This document shows, piece by piece, positions 11,201 to 21,380 of a stretch of 64,000 nt of DNA. The stretch spans positions 248,001-312,000 of the forward strand of contig OZ374561.1 of the NCBI GenBank assembly GCA_977862235.1, written 5' to 3'. The stretch comes from Dudresnaya verticillata. Taxonomy: Eukaryota. The position numbers were made by a program, and so were the translations under genes. Under the pieces are notes generated by a model. It saw only the letters and a program-made list of their open reading frames with translations, did not search any database and was not told where the DNA came from. Position 1 is the stretch's first letter. Every line of letters begins with the position of its first letter.

Positions 11201-11582
11201 GACATACACGGCATTGATCGTATCGATGCTCTTCGGAAGTGGGGAGGGGCAACGCTCCGCCGGAAACTACTACTACTTTCACGTGCTACTGCCACTCCTG
11301 GCCGCGGTATCGCTCTGGAACTACATATTTGGATTCTTCGTGACCTTTTCGATCCGCAGTCTCGGACCGATCCGGTTCACAACGTTGCTCTACCTGCAGC
11401 TGGTGCTGTCGCCAGTTTTCGGAGTGATGGAGGTGGCAGCGGTATCGTACGCGCTGGTGAACTTTCGCAAAATATCTGGCACGTTCCACGTGGTGGAGAA
11501 GGACGGTCCACCGAGTGGGACGTCTCCCTCACAAAGAGACAGCACGGGAATTGCAGGAGAGAATACGCGACTGCTGCCATGA
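8280..11582 (+). CDS. Multi-pass membrane protein: N-terminal acyltransferase-3 (OafA/YrhL)-like domain fused to an egghead/BRE-3-like GT2 beta-1,4-mannosyltransferase domain
   Basis: C-half: IRYVTRG, EVVTD, KARALNY, WIVHLDEET, TTLADSGRVSDD.G, GSIAED, EQSPFT..DF.KQRARW, FHVVEK (egghead signature). N-half: LALR, LQSGFLL, FYAARAARLYPVY, FALG, LSAFSFTVYMM. First ATG in the open frame is 8280. Confidence 0.85.
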   Translation: MNAAAAAAAAASTRAAAAPATAKPRRCAPPRAPPLPLLLALRVATGLHLLLAAVSPRGSALSASAAPLLGLLLLQSGFLLAHAHARAHAARAFSAARFYAARAARLYPVYALSLALHAALHAGARGRAAARAAAAAALLSPYVPDALAFAPGAAAAAAQPLVPALALCYVVLPPLLDVVPAAATPRARHLPAAAALLWLCTLAQAAWLAHPPAARDGARAVMLLDFAAFVPCLACVPAFALGVVLANAFLRAAADKPPPPLAARCRDAVLAALALLVAMRMVLPLLVALQAAEGEGQQQQQQQPPPPPFLATWAVCGLLLPPMSAVVWTLAALSRGGADVHPAEDARQPLRSLSAFSFTVYMMAAPVWRMLGASCQSHRHIKWYCLPRPVSPPHVTASPLQWLSWLPWRHPEPEEMLTSAAAQAGRRLLSVSTFGGPAVHLLVYFPALLVVSLAVYLGVQAPLEAFIVSAHERLMQLAEDGLLSQSSLWSRLVVLLCVGPERGEKPKRSASFAERVIRVLLYYLGGAFCLWFVFRYSLPITIHVLHTRPGSVFCLLPKMLYSCFEDDSGSIGSGLSGLLGKLGIGSKLLTSVVDVVRWVSLLTLPTMVINIIGHIVFPRAIWKRLPTVAEMLRQKDSSSAAVKDLAAAELGFSTSGNMLTPNTNRKRLRPALQTLEREKLDLDFVLFIRYVTRGNSPRLVAHNARRAAEVLAESGLPKEMWRVEVVTDNRMDLASQIPEPSISEIVVPQEYTPPNGAMYKARALNYAIEASPARSMDWIVHLDEETRFDADTIRAILQHCGRETYLTRVAKSQQWPRIGQGPILFGRALTDRSVAGGDLGAGNWLTTLADSGRVSDDCGRYRIQYECGEVWVGMHGSFVIAANCVEQEVTFDHGVDGSIAEDAFFALLARAKNVRFAWIDALMFEQSPFTVQDFVKQRARWLVGGLRVVSSKHIPLRLRFLMKMLTGLWALMPLTYTALIVSMLFGSGEGQRSAGNYYYFHVLLPLLAAVSLWNYIFGFFVTFSIRSLGPIRFTTLLYLQLVLSPVFGVMEVAAVSYALVNFRKISGTFHVVEKDGPPSGTSPSQRDSTGIAGENTRLLP

Positions 11583-12653
11583 CGCGCACGCGGATGTATT
11601 GTATCATAGCGAGAGCTGGGTCGCGCATTACTGGCACCATCCCGAACTGTGGGGCCTTTCTGTCGTCGCGCTTGTAAACACAAAACAAAAGCCAAAGCAT
11701 CATCCGAGACGTTGGGGATATGCAACCATCTCGAGGAGAAGAACCATTTCCCCGCCTGCTTCAGGGCTTGCACATAACAAACTCCTGCGCTCGTGTAAGT
11801 GTCAACTCGTCACAGTCGCAGCCACGCCCGCCGTATCGCCAGTCGAACCAAGGCGCTGTGAGCCAGACAAGCTCGAACGTACGGCAGCAAACGCATCGCC
11901 GAGACCCGCGCAGTAGCAGCATCGCCATCGCAACGACGGCCCTCCAAAGCACGCTAGCTCCCGAGGCCACTACACTCTGCCACTCGAGCATGCGCGCACA
12001 ACACACATGTTGCAGCCGCATCACCTCCAAGCAGTCCGCCCGCTTCCGCAACGCGCGCCGGGAGTTTCGTCGTGCGCGTCGCTACCGCCACGACAGCCGG
12101 GGCTGACGCCACGCGCACGCAGCTCCACACGCGTCGCGCGGGGCGTTCGTCATGTCATGCGAAGCTTGCGCGGCGGCGCGGGCAAGCAGAGCGTTGACGG
12201 TTGGGCACAAATGCCGAGCAAAGCCAATGACGCGGCGGTTATGGCGGGCGCGCGCCGCCTCGCGCTGCGCAGCCCCGCGCGCCGACTGATTCAATCGCGA
12301 CAGCAGCGGAAAAAGTTTCGCGCCGGCGCCGCGTCGCAGACGCCGCGCGCGCCGCTCCATGGTCCGCCCCACGGCGCCCCGCGCCGTCCGCAACGGCGCC
12401 CCGCCGCCAACCGATTCGCCGCGCGCGTCGCGCCAGCGCATGCGCCGCGCAAAGCCGCGATTCCGGCGCATTTTCACACGCACGGCCCAGATCTGCGCGC
12501 GTTGAGCTGTTCCGCCGACGCGCGGCCGCGAGCACATAAAGCCCTCCGCCGCTCCGCGCGTCGCCGTAGTCGCAGCCCCGGCCAGCCGAGCGCCCGCCCT
12601 CCCCCGCAACGCCCGCCGCACCCACCCCTCCGCGCCGCGCACCGCCTCCAAGC

Positions 12654-13067
12654 ATGCCCGCCTTCGTGCCAGCCCCGCTCCCGTCGCTGCGCCGCGCGCG
12701 CGCGCGCCGCCACGCGGCGTCGCCGCCGCGCGCCGTCATGACGCCGGCCGCGCCGCCGGCGGCCGCGCACCCGCTCGCCGCGTACGAGGCCTTCGTGAAC
12801 GCCGAGCGGTCGCGCACGCCGGCCATGGACGCCGCGCCGGACGCGCACGTGTTCGTCACGGCGAACGGCGCGCTCGTCTGCGAGTGGAACCCGACCATCG
12901 CGGCGAGCCGCGCCGCGCCGCCCGCGCTCGTCTCCCCGTCGCAGCTCGCAATGCGCGCCGTCGTTGACTACGAGCACTTCCTCGCTGGTGAAGCCGCTGC
13001 TGGCGTCGACCCGTCCGTCGCCGTGTTCTGCACTGCTGAGGGCGCGCTTGTGTGCCATGTTGAATAG
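12654..13067 (+). CDS. Small putative plastid-targeted protein with two ~35-aa internal repeats, unknown function
   Basis: MPAFV start followed by an Arg/Ala/Ser-rich transit-like segment. The YE.F..VF.TA.GALVC unit occurs twice. Confidence 0.7.
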   Translation: MPAFVPAPLPSLRRARARRHAASPPRAVMTPAAPPAAAHPLAAYEAFVNAERSRTPAMDAAPDAHVFVTANGALVCEWNPTIAASRAAPPALVSPSQLAMRAVVDYEHFLAGEAAAGVDPSVAVFCTAEGALVCHVE

Positions 13068-14194
13068 GAGTGGATATGCTGGAGCGGACGGTGTTTCCGG
13101 AGTTTTTGGTCGTTGTCGGCGGGACGGTTTGATCCTGCCGCTTCGGTGGTTTGGTCTGGGTTTTTTGTAGCAACTGACTTTATGGTGCCGGAGGCATTTG
13201 CACGATCGCGCCAAGTGCCCCTTCGAAGGGCGGGCGGGAAGGTGGTGCACTGCCGCTCTATATGACTGTTTTTGTAAACTGAGGCTTTCCAACTGAACCA
13301 ATCTGCTGTGCTCATTGCTGCCTGTAGTTGTAGATACCACAGTACCTCTCGTCTAGCAGCTCCAACGTTGGCAAACAGCATTCCCACATTGGATTCTTGA
13401 CTACAACAACGCTTTGGACCCTACAACGGCGTGCCGTACGAAGTCGCGCATCAGGTGTTTCGACGCCGAGCATAGCCTCAAAGTGACAAATTCGCGGTTG
13501 CTCATGACAGGAGCTAGACACGACGGTGCCAATGTTAGACTGAAATGCAGGAAAAAGCATTTCTTTCTAGTTTCAACATGCGCAAGACGTATCAGTGAGC
13601 CGTCGGTGTAGTCGCAGCACCAGCTTCAACGCGAAAAAGACACGTCGTGCCTCCAGGGAGACCGCCCTTCTGTGCGCGAGCAAGCATCTTCCAAGAGTAG
13701 CTTGCTACGCCAACACAATATATTGCACCGCAGTCATCTACTACTACATGGACATAAATTCATCAGTTGTGTCATACACTATTCTAAATATATCTTCAAC
13801 GCTGAAAACACCTCGGCACCCTACCCGCAACACCACCACTCATCCAGAGAGTAGTCTCCCGGCGTCGTTTGTGCCATCGGGTATACAACAACAGCAACAC
13901 TTCAATGCACCGGCACAAGCTTTCTTGGCCACCTGAAGCGCGGCATTACCAGATTTCAAGTGTCCCCTTAATGCATTCGAGAGTACAGAATGTCTCATAT
14001 CCGGCCAAAACAAAATTCCTTCTGAGCACACTCCTTCACCAAGTCTCTAAGCAGACACCCGCGCACAGCGAGACCGCAACCGAAAGCAGTCGGCCCTTTT
14101 GCGCGAAGAAGGCGAAAGTGCTGCAAACGCCAGGCCCTATTCTAACACCGGGGGCGTCTTAGAATTAGCCTCTCTACCTCCACACAAACTCGCT

Positions 14195-14992
14195 TCAAGT
14201 GAGCAGGTCCGCAATCCGATCCACCATGGCGACCAAAAACGGCGGAGTAGACTGCGCAATGGGCACCACCACATCCACAACCTGCTCAAACAGCGACGGA
14301 TGCCCCGGTTCGCCAACCTCTCTCGCGAGACACAGTACAAACCCAATCGCCGCCAGCCTCCCATTGAGCGACTCGGCCGAGCGCCAGAACGCAGCTGCCG
14401 CCGGCTGCGGCGCCACGGGCATCTTCCGCGCAACCTGCTCGGGCGGCGCCGCCGCATCACGCCCCGACGCCTGCGCGCGCACAGCCGCCATCCGCGTCGA
14501 CTCGGCCAGCGCGGCCGCAAGCAGCTCGCGCCGCTGCAGCGACGGCAGCTCCTGATACTCGGCCGGCGTGGCCGGCGCCAGCGCGCGCGCCGCGGCCAGC
14601 CGCTCGTTGTCCAGCTGCGCCAGCGCGCGGTCGCGCACGGAGTCGAGCCGGTCCGCGGGCGACGCGGCGCGCGGCGGCGCGCGCGCGGCGCGCGCGGACC
14701 GGCTCGCGCGCGGCGCGCGCGGCGCCAGCAGCAGGCGCACGCGGCGGCGCAGCGCGGACGCCGCAAGGCGCAGCGCGCGCGGCGCGCGCGGCGCGGCGCG
14801 CGGGCGCGACAGCAGGGTCCTGAGCGCGACCGCGAGCGACACGGACACGACGGCGAGCGCGGCGGCCGCGACGGGCGGCGGCAGCGCGTACGCGGGCGCG
14901 GGCGCGCGGCAGCGGCGGCAGCGCGGCGCGCGCGGCGCGTGGGGCGGCGCGGCGCGCGGGCGGCGCGGCGCGGACGGGCGCGGCGGCGGCAT
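14195..14992 (-). CDS. LHC-like (HLIP/OHP/SEP-type) chlorophyll-binding-motif protein
   Basis: AESLNGRLAAIGF..L.RE....SLFEQ LHC motif at ~14300-14377. ATG at 14992 is followed by a transit-peptide-like Pro/Arg/Ala region. Confidence 0.75.
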   Translation of the reverse strand: MPPPRPSAPRRPRAAPPHAPRAPRCRRCRAPAPAYALPPPVAAAALAVVSVSLAVALRTLLSRPRAAPRAPRALRLAASALRRRVRLLLAPRAPRASRSARAARAPPRAASPADRLDSVRDRALAQLDNERLAAARALAPATPAEYQELPSLQRRELLAAALAESTRMAAVRAQASGRDAAAPPEQVARKMPVAPQPAAAAFWRSAESLNGRLAAIGFVLCLAREVGEPGHPSLFEQVVDVVVPIAQSTPPFLVAMVDRIADLLT

Positions 14993-17354
14993 TGCGCGGG
15001 GCGGCAGGCGGGGCGCGCGGGTGGCGGTGGCGCGGGCGGGGCGCGCGGTGGCGGGGGCGCGGGCGGGGCGCGCGGTGGCGGGGGCGGCGGGGATGGCTTT
15101 TGCGGCGCGTTTGCGAAACGTAGGGATTTTGGGGCGTGTGCGCGCGCGCGCGCGGAGAGCGAGAGGCCTCCCTCCCGCAAAGGCACATCGCGGGGATGGC
15201 GGGTGGCGCAGACTGGTGGCCTTGATTGCGCGCACGGCCGCCGCCCGGGACGCGAAGACGGCAAGTTGGTGAGCGTCGTTGCGACAGGTGTCTCGGTGGA
15301 CGGGCCAGCGGCGCGGATCTGTGTGGTGTTGCCTCGCGGCGGCGTCATTTGATCGTGGCATTTGTAATTGCGCCGTGTTGCAATTGCTTCGCTGCGGGCT
15401 TACAGTGTAAGCAGGATGACGGAGGCGGAATGGGACGTGGTGTTCAATCTCGTAGCTGCACAACAAGTACTGGTGCTCACCCATCAATCTGCAGGCAATC
15501 CACGCGTCGGTGAGTCGGCGCGTCTCATGGCTGACGCCTCGCGAAAGAATCCACTCCCTGCTCCTCGCGCGCAAGCATCGAATCTCCCCTGGCCTCTCGG
15601 GCGGTGCGCGTTCTCCGCGAGAGGCGCTTGTGCTCCGGCATCAACGGCGGCAGCTCATCTCTGCCAGCGTGGCGCAAGAGGCAAGGCTGCGGCCGCGTCC
15701 CCGGAGCACCAGGCCGGCCGGGTCGGCCAGCCGCCAACGCGGCTGGAGCGCGCTCTGCAGCCCGGCCGCAGCGAGGCGCAGGCCGCGGTCGGCGTGGCAA
15801 AGACGAGCCTTCAATCGCCGCGCAGACAGCCACCACCGCATGGCGGAGCGAGGCTGGCCGCCCTCGCAGCTTCGCGCGCTTGTCCGCGCGCCGCTGAGCG
15901 ACTGCGTGGGAGCAGCCGCCAGCTCGGGGAGAACGGCTGTGGTGAGCAGGTCGCGCGCCACGATGGCGCCGCTGCTGTCGCTCGCTTGCTTCTGGTTGCG
16001 GCGGCGGCGAAGATTCATGGGCAGTTGATTACGTCACCGCTTTCTTTTCTCGCAGCTGCAGCTGCAGCTACGGACTACACACATTCCTGGTGTCACAACG
16101 TCTGGCGCGCCCGCGCTTACTGGTCCGGGAACGTTATATAGATCCCGCTCGCAATTTGGACCGCGGGGCACGAGCAATTTCACTGGGCCGGAAAGGGGGT
16201 CGTGATTTGTGCGCCAGGCGCATGCGAAACGAGCTCGACTTGTTTACCATTTTAGCAATTCATCGCATACCCATCTCAGGACAAAGGAGAAACAATCAAC
16301 TGTTCCAGCGACTCCGAATACCCGCTTTGGCCTCAAGTTGCGCACTCTTCCCGATTGTAGAAGACATCAGCAACTATCGTAAACCCTGCAAGTAGAAAAC
16401 TCTGCAATCAGAGCAAGGGCTATTAAAATTCATAATGTAACAAGCTCGACGAATTAGTATTAAAACTGACCGCTTGATGGGAAAGCTTTAGCACGCCTGG
16501 CATTTGTGCTTCTGTTGGTCGGTCTGACGTCAAAATGCACAACAATCCTTCGCAAACTCTCTGTGAATCAACTCGCCTGTGCGTACAGTGCAAACTGACC
16601 GTGCAAGTCTCATCACCCGCCATCAACTTTACCATTTCCACTTACAGACCCTCGTCATACGTCCAGTCCACTGCGTCCGCCAGGTAGATTTATTGTTTCA
16701 TGCAAAACGATGTTTATCGATGTCATCAAGTGATGTTTGTATCAGCTTCAACCCTCAACACCCATCACCTCAATTTGCATTGCACAAACGTCAGAACCGA
16801 ACCTTGCACGGCGAGCTATCTCTATGCTCCTCGTCAATGTAGACGACACTGTATATACATTTCCTCTTTCGTCACGTCGCATCAGGGAGCGTTTCCTGGC
16901 TTTGAACTTTCCGCTTGAGGATCAGAAACCCCCGGCCTCTGCCAAAACACCGCGATCAGCCACCTTCACAGTGTCTACACACACACACACACACCAAAAT
17001 GCAGCCGGAATGCATCAGGTCGAAAGGCAGACATCTCGTTGAACTTTACCTTTAAAAATCGAAACTAGTACTGCACAAGTACAACATATGTAGGTCCACC
17101 ACCTCGCCCACGCGTTTTGCAGATACAAAGATACAGTATAACGCATGCTGGCCCGGAAGACCCGAGTGCAGCTGTTTGTTTGTTCTGGCTGTTTGCCTGT
17201 TTCCCGCGCCTCCGACAGGGGAAAAAAAGGTCCTGACGACACTTTCTGCACCTTCAGAGGGAAGCCTGGCTGTCGATCCTGACGATTTCTATAAGCTATT
17301 GCCTGCGGACACGGACAGCTTGCAGAGCTCTGCTGCATTTTCTCTTTTCTTGAC

Positions 17355-17807
17355 ATGGAGCCTGGCAAGGAATTCCAGGCGCCAAAGAAGAAATCAAGGC
17401 GGCAGGGTCGTAGAAAACGCCCGCCTCAGAGCTCCTCACAGAACTCTCGACAGAAAAAGACTTCACCAAAAATTGAATTGAAAGTGCCAGCCGAATCGAA
17501 AAACCGCCTCCATTCAGTAGGCAGTCGCCAAGGCGGCTTGGGCAGTGCTCAGCAGCGAACAGCCTCTCCTCTCGATGACGACGATGAATTGCGTTTGAAT
17601 GATTTCGCAAGAGACCTTGCCCAGGATCTGGCATGGCTGGACGGGCTCGGCAGGCTCGAATGGCTGGACGGATTTACAGAGGAATACTGGCCCATGAAGG
17701 ACCCATCGCTGGGAAACATCCGTTGCTGCGCAGAAGGCCTTTCTTCGCTGGAGGACCTCAATGAGAGCTTCATGATGTATGAGGCCCAATTCAACGCCAG
17801 GGACTGA
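17355..17807 (+). CDS. Hypothetical protein (basic NLS-like N-terminus, acidic/aromatic C-terminus)
   Basis: 150-aa ATG ORF with protein-like composition; no family recognised. Confidence 0.4.
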   Translation: MEPGKEFQAPKKKSRRQGRRKRPPQSSSQNSRQKKTSPKIELKVPAESKNRLHSVGSRQGGLGSAQQRTASPLDDDDELRLNDFARDLAQDLAWLDGLGRLEWLDGFTEEYWPMKDPSLGNIRCCAEGLSSLEDLNESFMMYEAQFNARD

Positions 17808-18511
17808 TGGAATCGTGGAACGTACAGCGTGAAGAAATGAGTTGCTCGCGTCTTCCCAGCGCACAATGCACACGAGGTCCTTCCAATATGTATTATTTTG
17901 AACAGCAGTGCACCATTGACACGTCTGTGGAGGTCGTGTATCTCTGGCAGGGGGCTCCACGCCCTTGCAAAATTTTTTGTTTGTCGGTAGTCTGGTCGGG
18001 GTCCGTGGTGCTGGAGGTGGTGGAGGTGGAGGAGGTGGAGGAGGTGCACGGGAGCGTAGTGTGTGTAGGTCGGAATGCATTTCCAACTCTTTGTATCTGT
18101 TTCAAGGTTGACGGTTGAAGCGGTAGTCTTTATTGCTTTTGGTTTCGAAGCCTGCGAACCTTCGGGATATAGAAGTGTGTGTTTTTTTGTTTGCGCCGGC
18201 ACGAGCTTCTGATCTTGAAGAAGACAAGCAGGTTTGCAGCAGCAGCCGCTGTTGCTGTTGCAATAGTCTATACGAGCGCAGCGCATCTAATAAAAAAAAA
18301 AGAAAAAGCAAAGGATAGAAAGAGCAGAAAGCGATTCTGTTGTTGTTGTTGTCTCGTACAATAATACAAAGAAGACAATGGGGCTCATCCCTAGTTGTGT
18401 GTCCTGGTACGATGACATGGCGATGATGATACCTCTTCAACCTTATTGCTGTTGTTGTTGTTGTTGTTATCCTCCCATATATGCCTTTTTCGCATACGGT
18501 AGATTGTGTTT

Positions 18512-19942
18512 TCAGTCTCTTGGTCCGATAACCTCTCGTCCAAATTCTTGCAAGATATCCTTTGCTTCGGTCACCAGTGTGGCATAGTCGTCAATCTTTC
18601 GTGGTGAGAATATTCTTGGCCTGCGAAACAGCACTGTGCACGGGGCCTCTCCGTGTAGTGTAACGGCAAAGCTGAGCCTCATGCCGTCATACCTGGTCTT
18701 GAGCATAATCAGGGCTTGTGGGTTGCTTCTCCTGTTGCTCGCGCTGCGACTGCGATACCGTCTGTACGATGCATTGCACTCGAGGCGGGCAAACGTGGCC
18801 AGGGCAGCGGAAAGGGTCATTGCAAACGAAAGAGGGATATCGATGCGCTCTGCGCGGCTCGCCTTTCGGTTGACCTCCTCTCTTTGATACTCGCCGGCCA
18901 TGCGGAGCAGGATCGACTCTGCCGACTGTATGCCGGGGATCACATGGCTACCATAGACGACCGATCTGACAAGAGTATCATTGCTAATGGGCTTTGGGTT
19001 CCTCCGGCCCCAAGGCGCGCGCAGGACGCTGGAGAGCTGGTTTGTGGAATGACTTTGTGACGAGCCCTTGAGCAACGGGCGCTTGTTCGACCAGTGAATC
19101 GGAGACCTCCACGGGGTTGGTGTCTCGCTCCGCAGGCGGGCGCTGGCCTCGCGCAGGAGCTCGCCAATGACCTGGCGCTCGTCGCGGGTGAAGAGGGAAG
19201 AAAAGGCAGCAAAGCGGTCCGAGGCGACTTTGGAGTAGGTGAGGTTCATGTCGAGGGCCTCTGTGTAAGCGCGGATGCAGCGCTCCATCAAGGTGATGTG
19301 CTTGTTGTGGGGCTGGAGCTCCGGGCGGGCTAGGACGACGGCTTTGCGGTGCTGGTCCTTTGCCTGGCGGGCCTTTGCAAAGGAATTGGCAAACGACTGT
19401 CGACGGATCTCGAGGACCTGACGGTTGATGATGGGCGGGGCGTCGACATCCTCCATGGCGTGCAGGCGCAGGCCCGCCAGGTCGTCGTCGTCGAGGTCGT
19501 CCAGGTTGATGGCCGAGGCGTGCGAGTAGGTGCTCGCCGAGTCGTCATCGACGACGGGGACGGGAGCGGGGACGGCGGGCGGGCGTGCATGGGAGTGTGT
19601 AAGAGGGGAGCCGGGGCGCGACGGGGAGTCTGCGAGCATGTGCAGCTCCACGCGCGTGCGGTCGGGCGAGTCGGACGGGTTGGAGTCGGTGACGGACGAG
19701 ATGCGCGGCTTGTAGTCCATCGGCGGGGCGTCGACAACGTCGTCCAGCAGCGGGTCGGCCGGCGGGTCCAGCGGCGGCAGCGCGCGCTCCTCGCCCGTGG
19801 CGGCGCGGAACAGCAGGATGTTGGCGCGCGAGTAGCGCTTCTCGCCCGGCGACGCCGGGGCCGGCGGGAACACGTCCGCGCCGGTCAGCGCGCGCAGCGA
19901 CGCGGCCGGCGCGGGCGACGGCGACGACGGCCGGTTGTACAT
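18512..19942 (-). CDS. Hypothetical protein (~476 aa) with an N-terminal eIF4E-binding-like motif
   Basis: ATG at 19942 (GCCATG context) with a long open frame. The upstream in-frame extension is only microsatellite translation. Confidence 0.75.
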   Translation of the reverse strand: MYNRPSSPSPAPAASLRALTGADVFPPAPASPGEKRYSRANILLFRAATGEERALPPLDPPADPLLDDVVDAPPMDYKPRISSVTDSNPSDSPDRTRVELHMLADSPSRPGSPLTHSHARPPAVPAPVPVVDDDSASTYSHASAINLDDLDDDDLAGLRLHAMEDVDAPPIINRQVLEIRRQSFANSFAKARQAKDQHRKAVVLARPELQPHNKHITLMERCIRAYTEALDMNLTYSKVASDRFAAFSSLFTRDERQVIGELLREASARLRSETPTPWRSPIHWSNKRPLLKGSSQSHSTNQLSSVLRAPWGRRNPKPISNDTLVRSVVYGSHVIPGIQSAESILLRMAGEYQREEVNRKASRAERIDIPLSFAMTLSAALATFARLECNASYRRYRSRSASNRRSNPQALIMLKTRYDGMRLSFAVTLHGEAPCTVLFRRPRIFSPRKIDDYATLVTEAKDILQEFGREVIGPRD

Positions 19943-20083
19943 GGCGGTCGCGCGCTCGACTCGCTCGCTCGCTCGCAGGCACGGCGCGGCGACGCGAGGC
20001 GCGGCGCGGCGCGGCGGTGGCGGAGGAGGCCGCGGCGACCGTGTGCGGATTCGCGACCGCGAGGTGTGGGCGTGCGTCTCTCT

Positions 20084-20212
20084 TTCTCTCTCGCGCGCGC
20101 GTGCGTGCGTGCGTGCGTGCGTGCGTTGGCGTGTGTGTGTGTGTGTGTTCGTGTGTGTGTGTGAGTGTGAGTGTGAGTGTGAGTGTGAGTGTGAGTGTGA
20201 GTTGTGTGTGTG
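20084..20212. repeat. Compound microsatellite (TC)n/(GTGC)n/(GT)n/(GTGAGT)n
   Basis: Seen directly, just upstream of the 19942 ATG. Confidence 0.9.
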
Positions 20213-21244
20213 TGCGGATGTTTGCGCTTGTCGGCGGGGAGGAGGAGGGATTTTTGGTTGCGCGGGGGCGGGGGGGATGGGGGTGAGGGGCCGGGGGGGC
20301 GCGATGGCAGCAGGCGGGATTGTATATTTGCGGGGCGGGACAAACTGCGGGCGGGGCGGGGCGCGGAGTGTCGGGGCGCGCGGTGTCGGGGCGCGCGGTG
20401 AATCGCGCGATTGTCGGGGTACGAGGTGCGCTTCGCTCGCGCGGCGTGCGGCGCGCGCGGGCACCCGTTGCAGGCGCGCCAGCGCTTACCGCGCGCGGCC
20501 GCGCAACAGCGAGAATGGGAATGGGCGGGTTTGCGCGGCGGTCGCGAGCCCCGTTGCCCGGCGCGCCGGGCCGGCAGGCGCCGCGGCCCGGCACGGCGCG
20601 CCGACCGCGTGTCCCGCGAGACGCGCGCGTGAGCTGAGTTGGCGGCCACACAGCGCGCGCGGCGCGGCGCGGCAGACAGGCTGTCGCCGGCGTGCACAGC
20701 GCGCGGTCATTTGGAAGGCGGTGAACAAGCGACCAACAAGCGCGCCGCGGGCGTGGAAGGTGGCGCGCGCGGCAGGGCCGACCGGGGCGCGCCGCCGGGC
20801 CAGTCGACAGCCGAGCAACGCGGCGGCGCGGCCAATCGCGCGCCGCGGCGCACGCGGTGATGTGGACGGCGCGCGCGCGCTGGCGCGGTGTCAGACACGG
20901 CGGCGGGACGCAGCGCGGCTGCTGCCAGTGATGAGAGCGCGCGGCGTGCGGGCGCGGCTGTCCGGCGGACCGCCGCCGCAGGGCCGGCGACAAGTGTAAG
21001 GCCGGCCGCATTGGTGCCACTCTGTGCGCGCTGTTTCCTTTCGCCGTTGGTGATTGATGCATGGGCTGACATCAGTCGCTTCGCTGCGACGTTGCGGTTG
21101 GTGTTGGCGCGTTGCCTCGTTCCCTCGTTCCCTCGTTCTCGGCCTTGAATTGCTTCAATGGGTGCATGGATGGATGCACACACGCGCACGGCGCTACGGC
21201 AACAACAGCCGTGCCCCGTCGGGGCGCGCCCGCGCCGGTTGGAA

Positions 21245-21380
21245 GCTGCGAAGCGAAGCGAAGCGAAGCGAAGCGAAGCTGCGAAGCTGCGAAGCGAAGG
21301 CGTACAAACGCAGCATACGCCAAGCGCAAGCGCAAGCGCAAGGGCAGCAGACGCCAAGCGCAAGCGCAAGCGCAAGCGCG
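21245..21380. repeat. (GCGAA)n and (GCGCAA)n short tandem repeats
   Basis: Seen directly. Confidence 0.85.
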
